Part shown: piece after piece, positions 47,651 through 58,501 of the stretch
How positions within the stretch are numbered: the stretch's first letter is position 1
How the letters are laid out: each line of letters starts with the position of its first letter
Source: Ignavibacteriota bacterium
GTDB taxonomy: Bacteria > Bacteroidota > Ignavibacteria > UBA10030 > UBA6906
DNA length: 64,000 nt
Assembly: GCA_963801355.1 (NCBI GenBank)
Contig: CAWDEM010000008.1
Location: 32,001-96,000 of the forward strand
Direction: 5' to 3'
The notes under the pieces: generated by a model
The model's database searches: none
What the model was told of the DNA's origin: nothing
Seen by the model: only the letters and a program-made list of their open reading frames with translations
Position numbers and translations under genes: made by a program

Positions 47651-49831
47651 ATGTTCATCGATGTGCGTCCCAAATTGAGACGAAGTCTGTTCTTGATCCT
47701 GACGGTTTCCACCGTCGCGTACTCCCAGAATGGAACATGGCAGCAGACCAACGGTCCATACGGCGGCACCATTCTTGCGCTCGCGGCGTCCGCACGTGGC
47801 GTGCTTCTTGCGGAGGCAGATGGGGCCGGACCATTTAAGGATGCATACCTCTCCACCAATCGTGGTGATACCTGGTCCCGTATCCAGTTTCCCCCCGGTA
47901 TCCATTGCACCGGCCCGGTCTTCGCAGATCCGCGCGGAGACCTTTTGGCTGTGACGACAGATGACAGCACCCACTACGGACTCTCCCGTTCTGCCGACGG
48001 GCGGGCGAAGTGGACATTCGTCCGGACGGATTTTGGCGTGAGGGCTGTCATCCGGGATACATCCGGTGCCTTGGTTGTATCAGCGAACCCCGGGGGCATC
48101 ATGCGTTCAACAGACGACGGGATGCACTGGGCGGCATGCAATGTCGGGCTCAGCTATCTCAACGCTGCTACGCTCGCCATTGACCAAGCCGGGCGACTGT
48201 TCGTTGGGATTGAAGGGTACAATGGCCAGGGCATGGGAGTCTACCGATCTACCGACAACGGCGGATCATGGGTACAGGTTTTCAGTTACAGCTATGCCTA
48301 TGCCAAAGCGCTCCTGGTTACGCCCGGGGGCACAGTCATCCTGGCCACAGCAGGCGGAGGAGTATTCCGCTCGACCGATGCCGGACTGTCATGGCGGGCT
48401 GGGAACGACGGACTGCAGAGCCTCTTCGTTTCCAGTATCGCACAAGATTCGGGTCGGACGATTCTCGCTGGAACGATTGGTGGTGCATTCCGATCGACCG
48501 ACGACGGCAAGACCTGGGATCGGACAATCAATGGACTCACCAGTCTGGATATTCTTTCCCTCGTGAGTTGCGGATCTGGGACGTTTGTCGCCGGGACGTT
48601 TGGGAGTGCTTTTCGGTCCACCAATTCAGGGTTTTCGTGGACGGAGGGCAACAGTGGACTTCTCAGCACCCACGTGCTCGCTCTGGCTGCGGATTTCTCC
48701 GGAACGCTGTTCGCCGCCACGGAGGGGATGTCAAGAGTATGCGGGTCGACGGACCGGGGCGTTACGTGGACAACTATGAATAACGGACTTGACAGTGTTT
48801 ACGTCAGGACGCTTATCGCCGATTCCACCGGGCGCCTGTTCGCAGGAACCGGAACGGGTGTTTTCCGTTCGACAGATCGCGGGAATTCATGGGCCCCGGT
48901 GGCCACCGGATTGACCAATCGCGACGTGCGCTGCTTTGCCCTGGGACCGAATGGCAGAATCTATGCAGGGACGTTTGCGGGGAATGATGGGAAAGGCGTC
49001 TTCCGATCCACCGACGGTGGGTTGACCTGGGATGCTCTGAACACTTCCTGGTCGAATGAGACCGTTCAGACCCTCGGGGTTGACGCAATCGGTAATCTCT
49101 TTGCCGGCCTCAGCCCTGCCGGCATCCTCCGCTCGACCGATGACGGGGATTCGTGGACGGAATTCTCGAATGATAATCTGCCGTACGCCCCCGTGCAATC
49201 TCTCATTATCGATTCAGTAGGTAGAATGTATGCGACGATCGGCTTCACATTCGGCGTTTATACTTCTTTTGACAACGGCCAACACTGGGTTTACAATCCC
49301 GGAACTGAAGATCCTGGCATCAGCTGCTTCACAAGCGGACCAGGTAACGCGATCTACGGGGGAGGGATGGGAGTGTTCAGACTCCACTTTGTGCATAACT
49401 ATCTTCTCCAACTGATGGATCTCGGCCTCGGCGGCCTTCCCGTCCGAGCTCTCCAGAGCTCTCGAGATGGTTATCTCTTTGCTGGGGTGTATGGAGAGGG
49501 AGTGTGGCGCTGTCCGCTTTCAGACAACGTTCAGACGACGACGCCTCCGCTCCTCCAGGGGTTCCCTGTCGAGTTCATTCTTTTGCAGAACTTCCCAAAC
49601 CCCTTCAATCCATCGACCACGATCCGCTACGGTCTCCCCGAAAGATTGAATGTGTCCCTGATAGTCTTCAACACCATCGGTCAGCAGGTCGCTGTTCTCC
49701 AGAATGGGGAACAGGGGGCTGGATATCATGAGGTGAAGTTTGATGGGAACAGGCTAACGAGCGGGGTGTACTTCTACAGACTCCAGGCGGGCACATTTGT
49801 GGAGACGGAGCGGCTATTATTGATCCGGTGA
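47651..49831 (+). CDS. BNR/Asp-box (YCF48/VPS10-like) beta-propeller protein with T9SS C-terminal domain
   Basis: About 12 (F/Y)RSTD.G.(S/T)W Asp-box repeats; WQQTNGPYGG; QNFPNPFNP. Confidence 0.88.
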   Translation: MFIDVRPKLRRSLFLILTVSTVAYSQNGTWQQTNGPYGGTILALAASARGVLLAEADGAGPFKDAYLSTNRGDTWSRIQFPPGIHCTGPVFADPRGDLLAVTTDDSTHYGLSRSADGRAKWTFVRTDFGVRAVIRDTSGALVVSANPGGIMRSTDDGMHWAACNVGLSYLNAATLAIDQAGRLFVGIEGYNGQGMGVYRSTDNGGSWVQVFSYSYAYAKALLVTPGGTVILATAGGGVFRSTDAGLSWRAGNDGLQSLFVSSIAQDSGRTILAGTIGGAFRSTDDGKTWDRTINGLTSLDILSLVSCGSGTFVAGTFGSAFRSTNSGFSWTEGNSGLLSTHVLALAADFSGTLFAATEGMSRVCGSTDRGVTWTTMNNGLDSVYVRTLIADSTGRLFAGTGTGVFRSTDRGNSWAPVATGLTNRDVRCFALGPNGRIYAGTFAGNDGKGVFRSTDGGLTWDALNTSWSNETVQTLGVDAIGNLFAGLSPAGILRSTDDGDSWTEFSNDNLPYAPVQSLIIDSVGRMYATIGFTFGVYTSFDNGQHWVYNPGTEDPGISCFTSGPGNAIYGGGMGVFRLHFVHNYLLQLMDLGLGGLPVRALQSSRDGYLFAGVYGEGVWRCPLSDNVQTTTPPLLQGFPVEFILLQNFPNPFNPSTTIRYGLPERLNVSLIVFNTIGQQVAVLQNGEQGAGYHEVKFDGNRLTSGVYFYRLQAGTFVETERLLLIR

Positions 49832-49860
49832 GCCGAGCCCGTGGGATCTCTGGTCTGCCG

Positions 49861-50553
49861 CTAGCAGGCCAATCTGTACCCCACACCGGATTCAGTAAGA
49901 AGAATGCGTGGTGTGGTGGGATCTTGCTCGATCTTCTTCCGCAACTGGCCAACGAAGACCCTGAGGTACTGCGTTTCCTCGGCGTAGGCCGGGCCCCACA
50001 CTTCCCGGAGAAGATAACTGTGGGTGAGGACCTTCCCGGCGTTCTTCACGAACAAGGCGAGAAGTGTGTATTCGGTAGGAGTAAGTCTCACCGCTTGGCC
50101 ACGAACAGCCACTGTTCGGGCCGAAAGGTCGACGGTGAGACTCTCTGACGTAAAGACCTGGTCTTCCTGTCCGGAGACCCGATGACGGAGGAGCGCGCGA
50201 ATTCTGGCCAGCAGTTCTCCCGTGCGGAACGGCTTTGTGAGGTAGTCATCGGCACCCCCATCGAGCGCATTCACAATCGTCTCTTCTGCCTCGCGCACGG
50301 AGAGAATAAGGATGGGAACCGAAGACCGAGAGCGCAGCTCTTTGAGTACTTCCAGACCATCCATATCCGGGAGACCGAGGTCCAGAACGACAACATCAGG
50401 CCTGTCGGTGCCCGCGTGCGCCAGACCCTCTCTGCCGCTCTCGACCAGCAACACCTTGTATCCTTCCTGTTCGAGGGTACGCCGGAGCAGTCGGCGCATC
50501 TGGACCTCATCATCGATGATGAGGACGGTTGCCGGATGAGTCTGTGCGCTCAT
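49861..50553 (-). CDS. kdpE: KDP operon response regulator
   Basis: OmpR family with LDLGLPDMDG and VWGP...YLRVFVGQLRKKIE; overlaps the kdpD stop. Confidence 0.93.
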   Translation of the reverse strand: MSAQTHPATVLIIDDEVQMRRLLRRTLEQEGYKVLLVESGREGLAHAGTDRPDVVVLDLGLPDMDGLEVLKELRSRSSVPILILSVREAEETIVNALDGGADDYLTKPFRTGELLARIRALLRHRVSGQEDQVFTSESLTVDLSARTVAVRGQAVRLTPTEYTLLALFVKNAGKVLTHSYLLREVWGPAYAEETQYLRVFVGQLRKKIEQDPTTPRILLTESGVGYRLAC

Positions 50554-53243
50554 GTCATTACCACGGAGGGAGGAGGCGAGCCGAGAGGGAGACGAAGGAT
50601 AAACTGTGCTCCACCCCCCAACCGGTTCGCGCAGGATATGGTACCCTCGTGTGCGACAACGATTCCTCGAGCGATGGAAAGTCCAAGACCGGTGCCGCCG
50701 CTTCGGGTACCCTGGCTGCGATAGAATTTTCCGAACACTTTCTCGACATCCTCAGGGGGTATGCCCTGGCCGTTGTCTGACACGCTAATGATGCAGTCGT
50801 TCTGTTCGATGTGCGCGGCGATCGCAATATCTGTCGCACCAATGGCGTGAACCGTCGCATTGTGAAGAATGTTGACCAGGGCCTGTTCGAGCAATCCCTG
50901 GTCTGCCTGAATGAGGGGCATCGACTCAGACACATCAATCGTGACCTTGTAGTTCTGGAGGAGATCTTCCACTTTGCGAACAGCCGTTCCGATAAGATCG
51001 GAGACATCGCACCAGTCGCGCTTGATTTTTAGCAGTCCCGACTCCAATCTCGTCATATCCAGGAGATTTTGGACCAGGTGGTTCAAGCGGTCGGCGGCAT
51101 CGTGCATATCTTTCACAATCTCCGCGTGGGGGCCCACGGAGAACTGTGGCTCCTGCTGAAGCTGGTCCGTCGTTCCCAGAATCGTTGCGACCGGCGTCCG
51201 GAACTCGTGTGAGAGTGAATCGAACAGAGTCTTGTAGAGCCGCTCCGACTCAGCGACCACGAGTGTCTTCCGCGTAAGATCGTGCAGTTGTTCCCGTTCG
51301 ATGGCTGACGAGATCTGCCGCAGGAAGTTTCCGAGGAGCGCTTCCTGGTCTATGGTCAATCGCTCGTCCTTAGGCACTTGCACCCCGACGACCCCGAGGG
51401 GATAGCGGGGGCCGGAAAGGGGGTAATATGTGGCGCGGGCCGAAGGCAGTGTGTCCGTGAACCGGCCCGCATTCTTCTCATTCCAGTAGACCCATGCGGC
51501 CACACCGAAGTCCCGCTTGTCTATCGCAAATGTACTAGCTGGATGTGCCTCGGTGAAGATGTCGCCATCGGCCTGGCTCAACAGCACCACTGCCTCGGCT
51601 TCGAAATACTTCCGGATGTTCTCTACCGCCGCGCGCACGACGTCGTCCTGTGAGCGCGCGACGGAGAGATCCTTGGTGAGCCCATACAGTGCCGAAGCGT
51701 GTTGTTCCCGCGCCCTTACCGCCCTCTCTCTCGCACGGATGCGTGCGGTAAGCACTCCCGTGACTGTTGCAACGCCGAAGTAGAGGCCGAACATCAGGAC
51801 ATCCTGCGGATGACCGATCGCGAACGTGAATTGCGGCGGGATGAAAAAAAAGTCCCATACGGTCGCACTCAGGGCCGCTGCCAGTAGAACCGGGCCTGCG
51901 CCGAGCTTGAGCGGCAGCAAAACAACTGTCAACAGGAGAATCAGGGAGATGGTCTGGTATCCGAGTGCAGACCTCATCGGATACAGTGCAAGGGAGACCG
52001 CCAGGACGACACCGGTTGCGATCAGATACTGCTGGATCCCTGAGCGAATGTCAGGGAGCCGCAATCGACGGCGGGAGGCCGGTGCCGACTCGTCACCTCC
52101 GACAACGTAGATATCGAGCTCGCCGCTTTTTTCGATCAGCCTATCGAGGAGGCTTGGAGAGAACGGAAGGCGGCGGCTCGTTTTGCCAACGAGAATCTGT
52201 GTAGCATTCTGCTCCCGTGCGACGCGCAGGATGCCCTCGACGATGTCCTCGTCGGCAGTCGTCACGATCTCCGCCCCGAGTTCGCGCGCAAGCTTGATGT
52301 TTCTCGCCAGGCGATCCTTGGCGGCCCCGGACAGGGAGTGGGAGCGTTCCACGTACACGGCGACCCAGGAAGCATCCATGGTATAGGCTGTGCGGCGAGC
52401 CCAGCGGATCAATTTGATGGTGCTCGGGCTGGAACTGATGCCGACCAGAAGTCGCTGGCCGGACTTCCACGGCCCGGCAATCCGCTGGCTCTTCATCAGG
52501 TCTCGGAGCTGATGATCGACCCGTTCGGCCACGAGCCGCAATGCCATCTCCCGCAGGGCGGTCAGGTTGCCGGCACGGAAAAAGTTCCGGATGGCTTCCT
52601 GTGACCGCTCAGCAGTGTATACCTTCCCCTCGGCGAGGCGCTTCAACAACTCATTGGGTGGAAGGTCGACAATCTCCACCGAATCCGCATTCTCAAAAAC
52701 GGTGTCGGGGACTGTCTCGCGAATGGTGGAACCGGTTATCTGGGCAACCGTGTCGGCCCTGCTTTCGAGATGCTGGACGTTCAACGTGGTGTAGACATCG
52801 ATCCCGCTGTCGAGGAGTTCGATGACATCCTGATATCGCTTGGTGTGGCGGCTTCCCGGTACATTAGTGTGGGCGAGCTCGTCGACAAGTACAAGAGAAG
52901 GTTTGCGTGCGAGAACCGCATCGGTGTCCATCTCCTGCAGGATGGTGCCCCGGTAGTCTACGGTTTTGCGGGGGAGGATTTCAAGTCCAGTAAGCAGTTT
53001 CTCCGTTTCGCTCCTACCGTGTGTTTCCACGTAGCCGACGAGCAGAGAAATCCCCTTTGACCTTTCCTCGTGTGCGGCCTTGAGCATGTCGTAGGTCTTC
53101 CCCACGCCTGCGCACATGCCGAAATAGATCTTCAGTTTCCCCTTTGTCTCCCGCAATTCTTGCCGTTTCAGAGATTGGAGAAGGTCGTCGGGGTCTGGCC
53201 GCCGTTCGTCAACCGGTGCCATCAAGTCCTTTGCGTGCTCCAC
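50550..53243 (-). CDS. kdpD: Osmosensitive K+ channel sensor histidine kinase
   Basis: GKLKIYFGMCAGVGKT, VDELAHTN, NVQHLES, USP domain, DFFFIPP TM region, SHEFRTP. Confidence 0.96.
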   Translation of the reverse strand: MEHAKDLMAPVDERRPDPDDLLQSLKRQELRETKGKLKIYFGMCAGVGKTYDMLKAAHEERSKGISLLVGYVETHGRSETEKLLTGLEILPRKTVDYRGTILQEMDTDAVLARKPSLVLVDELAHTNVPGSRHTKRYQDVIELLDSGIDVYTTLNVQHLESRADTVAQITGSTIRETVPDTVFENADSVEIVDLPPNELLKRLAEGKVYTAERSQEAIRNFFRAGNLTALREMALRLVAERVDHQLRDLMKSQRIAGPWKSGQRLLVGISSSPSTIKLIRWARRTAYTMDASWVAVYVERSHSLSGAAKDRLARNIKLARELGAEIVTTADEDIVEGILRVAREQNATQILVGKTSRRLPFSPSLLDRLIEKSGELDIYVVGGDESAPASRRRLRLPDIRSGIQQYLIATGVVLAVSLALYPMRSALGYQTISLILLLTVVLLPLKLGAGPVLLAAALSATVWDFFFIPPQFTFAIGHPQDVLMFGLYFGVATVTGVLTARIRARERAVRAREQHASALYGLTKDLSVARSQDDVVRAAVENIRKYFEAEAVVLLSQADGDIFTEAHPASTFAIDKRDFGVAAWVYWNEKNAGRFTDTLPSARATYYPLSGPRYPLGVVGVQVPKDERLTIDQEALLGNFLRQISSAIEREQLHDLTRKTLVVAESERLYKTLFDSLSHEFRTPVATILGTTDQLQQEPQFSVGPHAEIVKDMHDAADRLNHLVQNLLDMTRLESGLLKIKRDWCDVSDLIGTAVRKVEDLLQNYKVTIDVSESMPLIQADQGLLEQALVNILHNATVHAIGATDIAIAAHIEQNDCIISVSDNGQGIPPEDVEKVFGKFYRSQGTRSGGTGLGLSIARGIVVAHEGTISCANRLGGGAQFILRLPLGSPPPSVVMT

Positions 53244-53315
53244 GCGGGTTGAGTAAATGAACCTCTTGCGTCAGATTGACACTTAATGCAAGATACGCAT
53301 CAGCGGCCCCAGAAT

Positions 53316-53450
53316 CTACCGCTTCAGCCGGGGGGATTCAAGACTGTCGTGTTTTCCCTTGTCCCCGCGGCTCAATCGTCGCCACTGGTGTATGCATGTG
53401 GCAACATAGACGAATATCACGAGGCATAGTATGATCTGTGTGGTGTTCAT
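53316..53450 (-). CDS. Putative 44-aa single-TM peptide between kdpB and kdpD
   Basis: MNTTQIILCLVIFVYVATCIHQWRRL: a hydrophobic N-terminus followed by a basic tail. Confidence 0.45.
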   Translation of the reverse strand: MNTTQIILCLVIFVYVATCIHQWRRLSRGDKGKHDSLESPRLKR

Positions 53451-53535
53451 AGTTCCCGTGTGTACTCTTTTGGTGAAGTGTGATTCCGAAAGTGAGCGGC
53501 CCCTTTCGTGAGCCGCAGCAGTGACATGTTGTCGT

Positions 53536-55629
53536 TCATACCCAACCCAGCGTAGTGAGAAATAGGTCAATCATCTTGATCCCGATGAATGGCGCAATCA
53601 CGCCGCCGACGCCGTAGATCAACAGATGCCGTCGCAGGAGGTGGATGGCGCTCACTGGGCTGTAGGTCACACCGCGGAGGGCCAGCGGTACAAGGGCCAC
53701 GATGATCAGAGCATTGAAAATCACCGCAGAGAGGATGGCGCTCTCCGGCGACGAGAGCCGCATGAGATTCAATGCGCTGAGAGCCGGATACGTAGTGGCA
53801 AAGGCCGCGGGGATAATGGCGAAGTACTTTGCCACGTCATTGGCGATGCTGAACGTGGTGAGCGTGCCACGCGTCATCAGCAGCTGCTTCCCGATCTCGA
53901 CGATCTCCATCAGCTTGGTGGGATTACTGTCGAGATCGATCATGTTGGCCGCTTCGCGGGCAGACTGAGTACCGGTATTCATTGCCACAGCAACGTCTGC
54001 CTGAGCGAGAGCCGGGGCATCGTTGGTGCCATCGCCGGTCATCGCGACCAACCGGCCCCCCTTCTGATATTCTCGTATCAACCGAAGTTTGTCCTCCGGC
54101 TTCGCTTCCGCCAGAAAGTCGTCGACACCCGCCTCCGCCGCGATAGCCGCTGCGGTAACGGGGTTGTCCCCGGTGATCATCACGGTTTTGATACCCATTG
54201 CCCGCAGGTGGATGAAACGGTCTTTGATTCCACCTTTGACGATGTCTTTCAAGCGTATCACGCCGAGCACTTCTCTGTTCTCAGCAACGATGATCGGAGT
54301 CCCGCCCTGGCGGCTGATCTCCCGAACCGTCTGCGTTGTTTCGTACGGCAAGGCGCCACCCTGCTGTTCCACAAAGACGGTGATTGCGTCGACCGCGCCT
54401 TTTCTGATGAGCCTTCTCGGGGATCCCCCGGTACCGGGGATATCGGTGCCACTCATACGGGTCTGAGCGCTGAACGGAATGAAATGTGCGGCGAGGTCAT
54501 GCAGATCCCTGCCCCTAAGGCCGTATTTGTCCTTCGCAAGAACGACGATCGACCGCCCCTCTGGCGTCTCATCGGCAAGTGAGGCGAGCTGCGCGGAGTC
54601 TGCCAATCGCTCTGCGGAGACACCTGGCGCCGGCAAGAATTCGGTTGCCATCCTGTTTCCGAGTGTCACCGTTCCGGTCTTATCGAGCAGCAGGATGTCT
54701 ACGTCCCCAGCTGCTTCAATAGCGCGGCCAGATGTGGCAATGACGTTGTGCCGTATCATCCGATCCATTCCTGCGATCCCAATGGCGGAGAGAAGCCCAC
54801 CGATCGTTGTAGGGATCAGACAGACAAGGAGGGCGACGAGGACAGTTATTGAAACCGACGTTCCCCGGCCTGCTGCCGCAACGCTGTAGAGAGAGAACGG
54901 CAGAAGGGTAGCGCATACAGCCAAGAAGATGATCGTAAACGCCGCAAGCAGGATGTTCAGTGCAATCTCGTTGGGTGTTTTCTGTCTCCTGGCCCCTTCG
55001 ATCAGCCGGATCATCCTGTCGAGGAATCCCCCACCCGGATCGGCAGTCACACGAATGACCAACCAGTCAGACAGCACGCGTGTCCCCCCGGTCACCGCAC
55101 TTCGATCCCCCCCCGATTCCCTGATGACGGGAGCACTTTCCCCCGTGATTGCGCTCTCGTCCACTGATGCGATTCCCTCGATCACCTCGCCGTCACACGC
55201 TATGACGTCTCCTGGTTCCGCAAGGAACACGTCTCCGCGCAGGAGCGCCGTCGAGGGGATCGTTGTGAAGTGACTGCCATAGTGCGGCTGACGCAGTCGT
55301 TTGGCGGACGTATCGCGGCGAGCCCTGCGCAGAGCCTCAGCCTGGGCCTTTCCCCGACCCTCTGCAAGGGCTTCAGAGAAGTTGGCAATGAGGACGGTGA
55401 GCCACAGCCAGAGGGAGACCATGCCTATGAACCACGCCGGCGCCTCACCCTCCCCGGTTAGGGCCTGAAGCCACAGGGCGGTGGTCGTGGCACTGCCAAT
55501 TTCAACGATGAACATAACCGGATTCCGGACCATCCAGCGCGGGTTCAATTTCAGGATTGATTCCCACAGGGCGTGACGATACAGCCCTAGAGGAAACGAA
55601 AGTGGCGGTGTGTGGGTGAGTGCTGTCAC
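53536..55629 (-). CDS. kdpB: K+-transporting ATPase subunit B
   Basis: [36 protein letters not shown]. Confidence 0.98.
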   Translation of the reverse strand: MTALTHTPPLSFPLGLYRHALWESILKLNPRWMVRNPVMFIVEIGSATTTALWLQALTGEGEAPAWFIGMVSLWLWLTVLIANFSEALAEGRGKAQAEALRRARRDTSAKRLRQPHYGSHFTTIPSTALLRGDVFLAEPGDVIACDGEVIEGIASVDESAITGESAPVIRESGGDRSAVTGGTRVLSDWLVIRVTADPGGGFLDRMIRLIEGARRQKTPNEIALNILLAAFTIIFLAVCATLLPFSLYSVAAAGRGTSVSITVLVALLVCLIPTTIGGLLSAIGIAGMDRMIRHNVIATSGRAIEAAGDVDILLLDKTGTVTLGNRMATEFLPAPGVSAERLADSAQLASLADETPEGRSIVVLAKDKYGLRGRDLHDLAAHFIPFSAQTRMSGTDIPGTGGSPRRLIRKGAVDAITVFVEQQGGALPYETTQTVREISRQGGTPIIVAENREVLGVIRLKDIVKGGIKDRFIHLRAMGIKTVMITGDNPVTAAAIAAEAGVDDFLAEAKPEDKLRLIREYQKGGRLVAMTGDGTNDAPALAQADVAVAMNTGTQSAREAANMIDLDSNPTKLMEIVEIGKQLLMTRGTLTTFSIANDVAKYFAIIPAAFATTYPALSALNLMRLSSPESAILSAVIFNALIIVALVPLALRGVTYSPVSAIHLLRRHLLIYGVGGVIAPFIGIKMIDLFLTTLGWV

Positions 55630-55659
55630 GTGTGAGGGCTCATGGGACGTGTTGTGGAA

Positions 55660-57402
55660 TCATCGGGGGAGCATGAAATGTTCGACGATCGGGCCCAGGG
55701 CAAGTGCCGGAAAGAAACTAAGCGCGCCAACGAGAAGAACGATGGCAATCAACCAAACAATAAATAGCGGCGTGTGCGTGGGAAGAGTCCCGTCACTGGC
55801 CGGGATAAGCTTCTTACGTGCCAACGAGCCCGCCAACGCAAGCGTCGGGACGGCGAGCCAATATCGCCCGATCAGCATAGCGATGCCGCCAGCGACATTA
55901 TAGAAGGGCATATTGGCGTTCAGCCCCGCGAAGGCACTCCCGTTGTTGTTACCCTGGGAAGTGAATGCGTACAGCACTTCGCTGAAGCCACGGGGGCCGG
56001 GGTTTAGCACCGGGTGCGTTCCGGCGTCGAGCATCACGGCAAGCGCTGTCAGACCGAGAACCGTGAGGGGCATAATCAGAATGAGCAACGATGCCATCTT
56101 CATCTCGTATGCCTCGAGCTTGTGGCCAAGGTATTCTGGGGTTCGGCCAACCAGCAGACCCGCCACAAAAACGGCGACGATCACGAAAACGAGCATGCCG
56201 TACAAGCCGGAGCCGACACCGCCAAAAACAACCTCCCCGATCTGCATCATGACCAGCGTTACGGTAGCTCCGAGCGGTGTATATGACGCGTGCATGGAGT
56301 TGACGGAACCGTTCGAGGCAGCCGTGGTGGCTGTTGCCCAGATGGCGGAGTTGGCAATCCCGAAGCGCACTTCTTTGCCTTCCATGTTCCCGCCCGGTTG
56401 CAGGTCACTTGCCCTCTGGTCAATCCCCATCATGCTCAAAGCAGAGTTGCCTTCCTGCTCGCTCCAGGCGGCAACGCCAAGGAACACAACGAAGATGATC
56501 AGCATCGCTCCGAGGAGAGCCCAGCCTTGCCGGTTGTCCTTGACCATCACACCGAACGTGTAGCACAGCGCGGCGGGCAGGAGGAGAATCGCGAGCATCT
56601 CCAGCAAGTTGGAGAGTGGGGTGGGGTTCTCAAATGGGTGTGCGGAATTTGCGCTAAAGAACCCACCGCCATTCGTACCCAGTTGCTTAATGGCAACCTG
56701 CGATGCTGCCGGACCCATAGGGAGGAGCTGTTCGGTGACTTGTGTGCCTCCCGCATCAGTCGTTGGCTGGAAAAGGTGCGCCGCCGTGTACGGCTTGAAA
56801 TTCTGCACAACTCCCTGGGAGACCAGCAGAAGCGACAGGATTACTGCTACCGGCAACAGGATATACAGCGTGCTCCGGGTCATGTCAACCCAGAAGTTCC
56901 CCAATGTCCGGACAGAGTGGCGAGAGACTCCCCGGATGAAGAGTGCGAGCACAGCCATGCCCGTCGCAGCAGACACGAAATTCTGGACTGTGAAACCCGC
57001 CATCTGAGTAAGGTAGCTCATGGTGGTCTCACCCCCATATGCCTGCCAGTTGGTGTTGCTCGTGAAACTCACGGCAGTGTTGAATGCAGTGTCGGGCGAG
57101 ACTGCCGGGAACCCCTGCGGATTTAGTGGGAGAACACCTTGCAGGCGCTGGAGCGTGTACACCGCTACAAATCCGACAAAGTTGAACAGGATCATGGCGA
57201 CAGCATTTGCTTTCCAGTTCATCTCCTCGTCGGGCCTGACGGCCGCAAACCGATAGATGAGCCGTTCCACCGGGCCGAGGATGGGGTCAAGCATCGTTCG
57301 CTCACCTTGGAACACCCGTGCCATGTATCCGCCGAACGGCTTGGCGGCCAGCAGAATCACCGCCGCATACCCTACGATCTGGAGTATGCCGAAGGACGTC
57401 AT
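55660..57402 (-). CDS. kdpA: K+-transporting ATPase subunit A
   Basis: NTNWQ, QLGTNGGG, SNGSVN, NNGSAFAG selectivity-filter motifs. Confidence 0.98.
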   Translation of the reverse strand: MTSFGILQIVGYAAVILLAAKPFGGYMARVFQGERTMLDPILGPVERLIYRFAAVRPDEEMNWKANAVAMILFNFVGFVAVYTLQRLQGVLPLNPQGFPAVSPDTAFNTAVSFTSNTNWQAYGGETTMSYLTQMAGFTVQNFVSAATGMAVLALFIRGVSRHSVRTLGNFWVDMTRSTLYILLPVAVILSLLLVSQGVVQNFKPYTAAHLFQPTTDAGGTQVTEQLLPMGPAASQVAIKQLGTNGGGFFSANSAHPFENPTPLSNLLEMLAILLLPAALCYTFGVMVKDNRQGWALLGAMLIIFVVFLGVAAWSEQEGNSALSMMGIDQRASDLQPGGNMEGKEVRFGIANSAIWATATTAASNGSVNSMHASYTPLGATVTLVMMQIGEVVFGGVGSGLYGMLVFVIVAVFVAGLLVGRTPEYLGHKLEAYEMKMASLLILIMPLTVLGLTALAVMLDAGTHPVLNPGPRGFSEVLYAFTSQGNNNGSAFAGLNANMPFYNVAGGIAMLIGRYWLAVPTLALAGSLARKKLIPASDGTLPTHTPLFIVWLIAIVLLVGALSFFPALALGPIVEHFMLPR

Positions 57403-57491
57403 TCGAAAAGCTCCGGTTTCAGGAGAGCAACAAAAAGGTAAACAAAGAGAGCGACGACGATCACACCCGCGACGATATACATAGGGTTCAT
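57399..57491 (-). CDS. kdpF: K+-transporting ATPase subunit F
   Basis: MNPMYIVAGVIVVALFVYLFVALLKPELFE; ATGA overlap with kdpA. Confidence 0.92.
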   Translation of the reverse strand: MNPMYIVAGVIVVALFVYLFVALLKPELFE

Positions 57492-57595
57492 GAATGTTCT
57501 CCCGATTCGTCTGTTTGGAGAGTCTCGCACAGCCGCAAGAGGCCCCACGTTAAGAGGAAAAAGCCAACACCAATACCGATATAGAGCAGATCCAT
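57488..57595 (-). CDS. 35-aa hydrophobic peptide upstream of kdpF
   Basis: MDLLYIGIGVGFFLLTWGLLRLCETLQTDESGEHS; AGGAGG ribosome-binding site; ATGA overlap with kdpF. It is absent from the ORF track. Confidence 0.8.
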   Translation of the reverse strand: MDLLYIGIGVGFFLLTWGLLRLCETLQTDESGEHS

Positions 57596-57597
57596 GA

Positions 57598-58191
57598 TTA
57601 CCTCCTTGTCGCACCGTGGGGTGCTGCATCTAAATCAATGTTCAGGAGAAGCACGTTGACGCGAGGCTCGCCCAGAACTCCGAATTGTCGCCCCTCGGTG
57701 TGCTGCTGCACAACGGTTCGGATCGAATCTTCGGATAGGCCTCGTACACGGGCAACTCTTGGGACCTGAAAGAGGGCTGCAGCTATGCTGATGTGGGGGT
57801 CGAGTCCGCTTCCTGACGCAGTCACGAGATCAACCGGAACGGGTTGTGTATTCAGCGAATCGAACGCCTTGAGGTCGCGAACCCTTTGGCGCACGGCATG
57901 GAGGAGCGCCGGGTTCAGCGGCCCTAGATTTGATCCCGACGAGGTACTGGCGTTGTATGGAAATGCCGTTGTTGCGGAAGGGCGGCTCCAGAAATACCGT
58001 GGTTCGTTGAACGGCTGACCGATAAGTTCGGAGCCGACGGTGTTTCCATCCCTCTCAATAAGGCTCCCGTTTGCCTGAGAGGGGAAGAGAATCTGCGCTA
58101 TCCCCGTGACGAGAAGAGGATAGATGACACCGCAGATCGCCGTAAGGACCAGGAGGAGAACTACCGATGTCTGAAATTGCTTGAGAATCAT
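57598..58191 (-). CDS. kdpC: K+-transporting ATPase subunit C
   Basis: GVIYPL...QANGSLI...GSELIGQ...YFWSRPSA...[11 protein letters not shown]...EPRVNVL. Confidence 0.96.
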   Translation of the reverse strand: MILKQFQTSVVLLLVLTAICGVIYPLLVTGIAQILFPSQANGSLIERDGNTVGSELIGQPFNEPRYFWSRPSATTAFPYNASTSSGSNLGPLNPALLHAVRQRVRDLKAFDSLNTQPVPVDLVTASGSGLDPHISIAAALFQVPRVARVRGLSEDSIRTVVQQHTEGRQFGVLGEPRVNVLLLNIDLDAAPHGATRR

Positions 58192-58255
58192 GGTGAAAGG
58201 TCCGAAGTACTCTCCTTGGAGTCTATTCACGGGACATAAATGGTCGTGTGGAATG

Positions 58256-58274
58256 CATAAGGAATCCATAAGGA
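58256..58274 (-). promoter_or_regulatory. Probable KdpE-binding direct repeat
   Basis: TCCTTATG-GAT-TCCTTATG with an 11-bp period (OmpR-type), about 65 bp upstream of kdpC. Confidence 0.65.
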
Positions 58275-58501
58275 TTGCATGGGAGGGTTGTACCTGAAGG
58301 GCTTTGTCTGGGCCAGAACCCAGTCTTGACAAATCCCCTCGATTCGGGGTGAATCTCCCGAAATATCCCGTATTTGCGGTATTGTCGTTCTCCTGAGGGG
58401 AATGTAGCTTTCGAGCGTAGCGTCGAATAGGCTGTGGTTTGCTCGGGTCGGCGGTTCTGCCCCGGCCGCTTCACGTCGACCTCCAGGATGAAAGGTGAAC
58501 T

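Noticed and set aside
53626-57126. Long plus-strand ORFs opposite kdpA/kdpB
   Set aside because: These are antisense shadows of highly conserved GC-rich genes.
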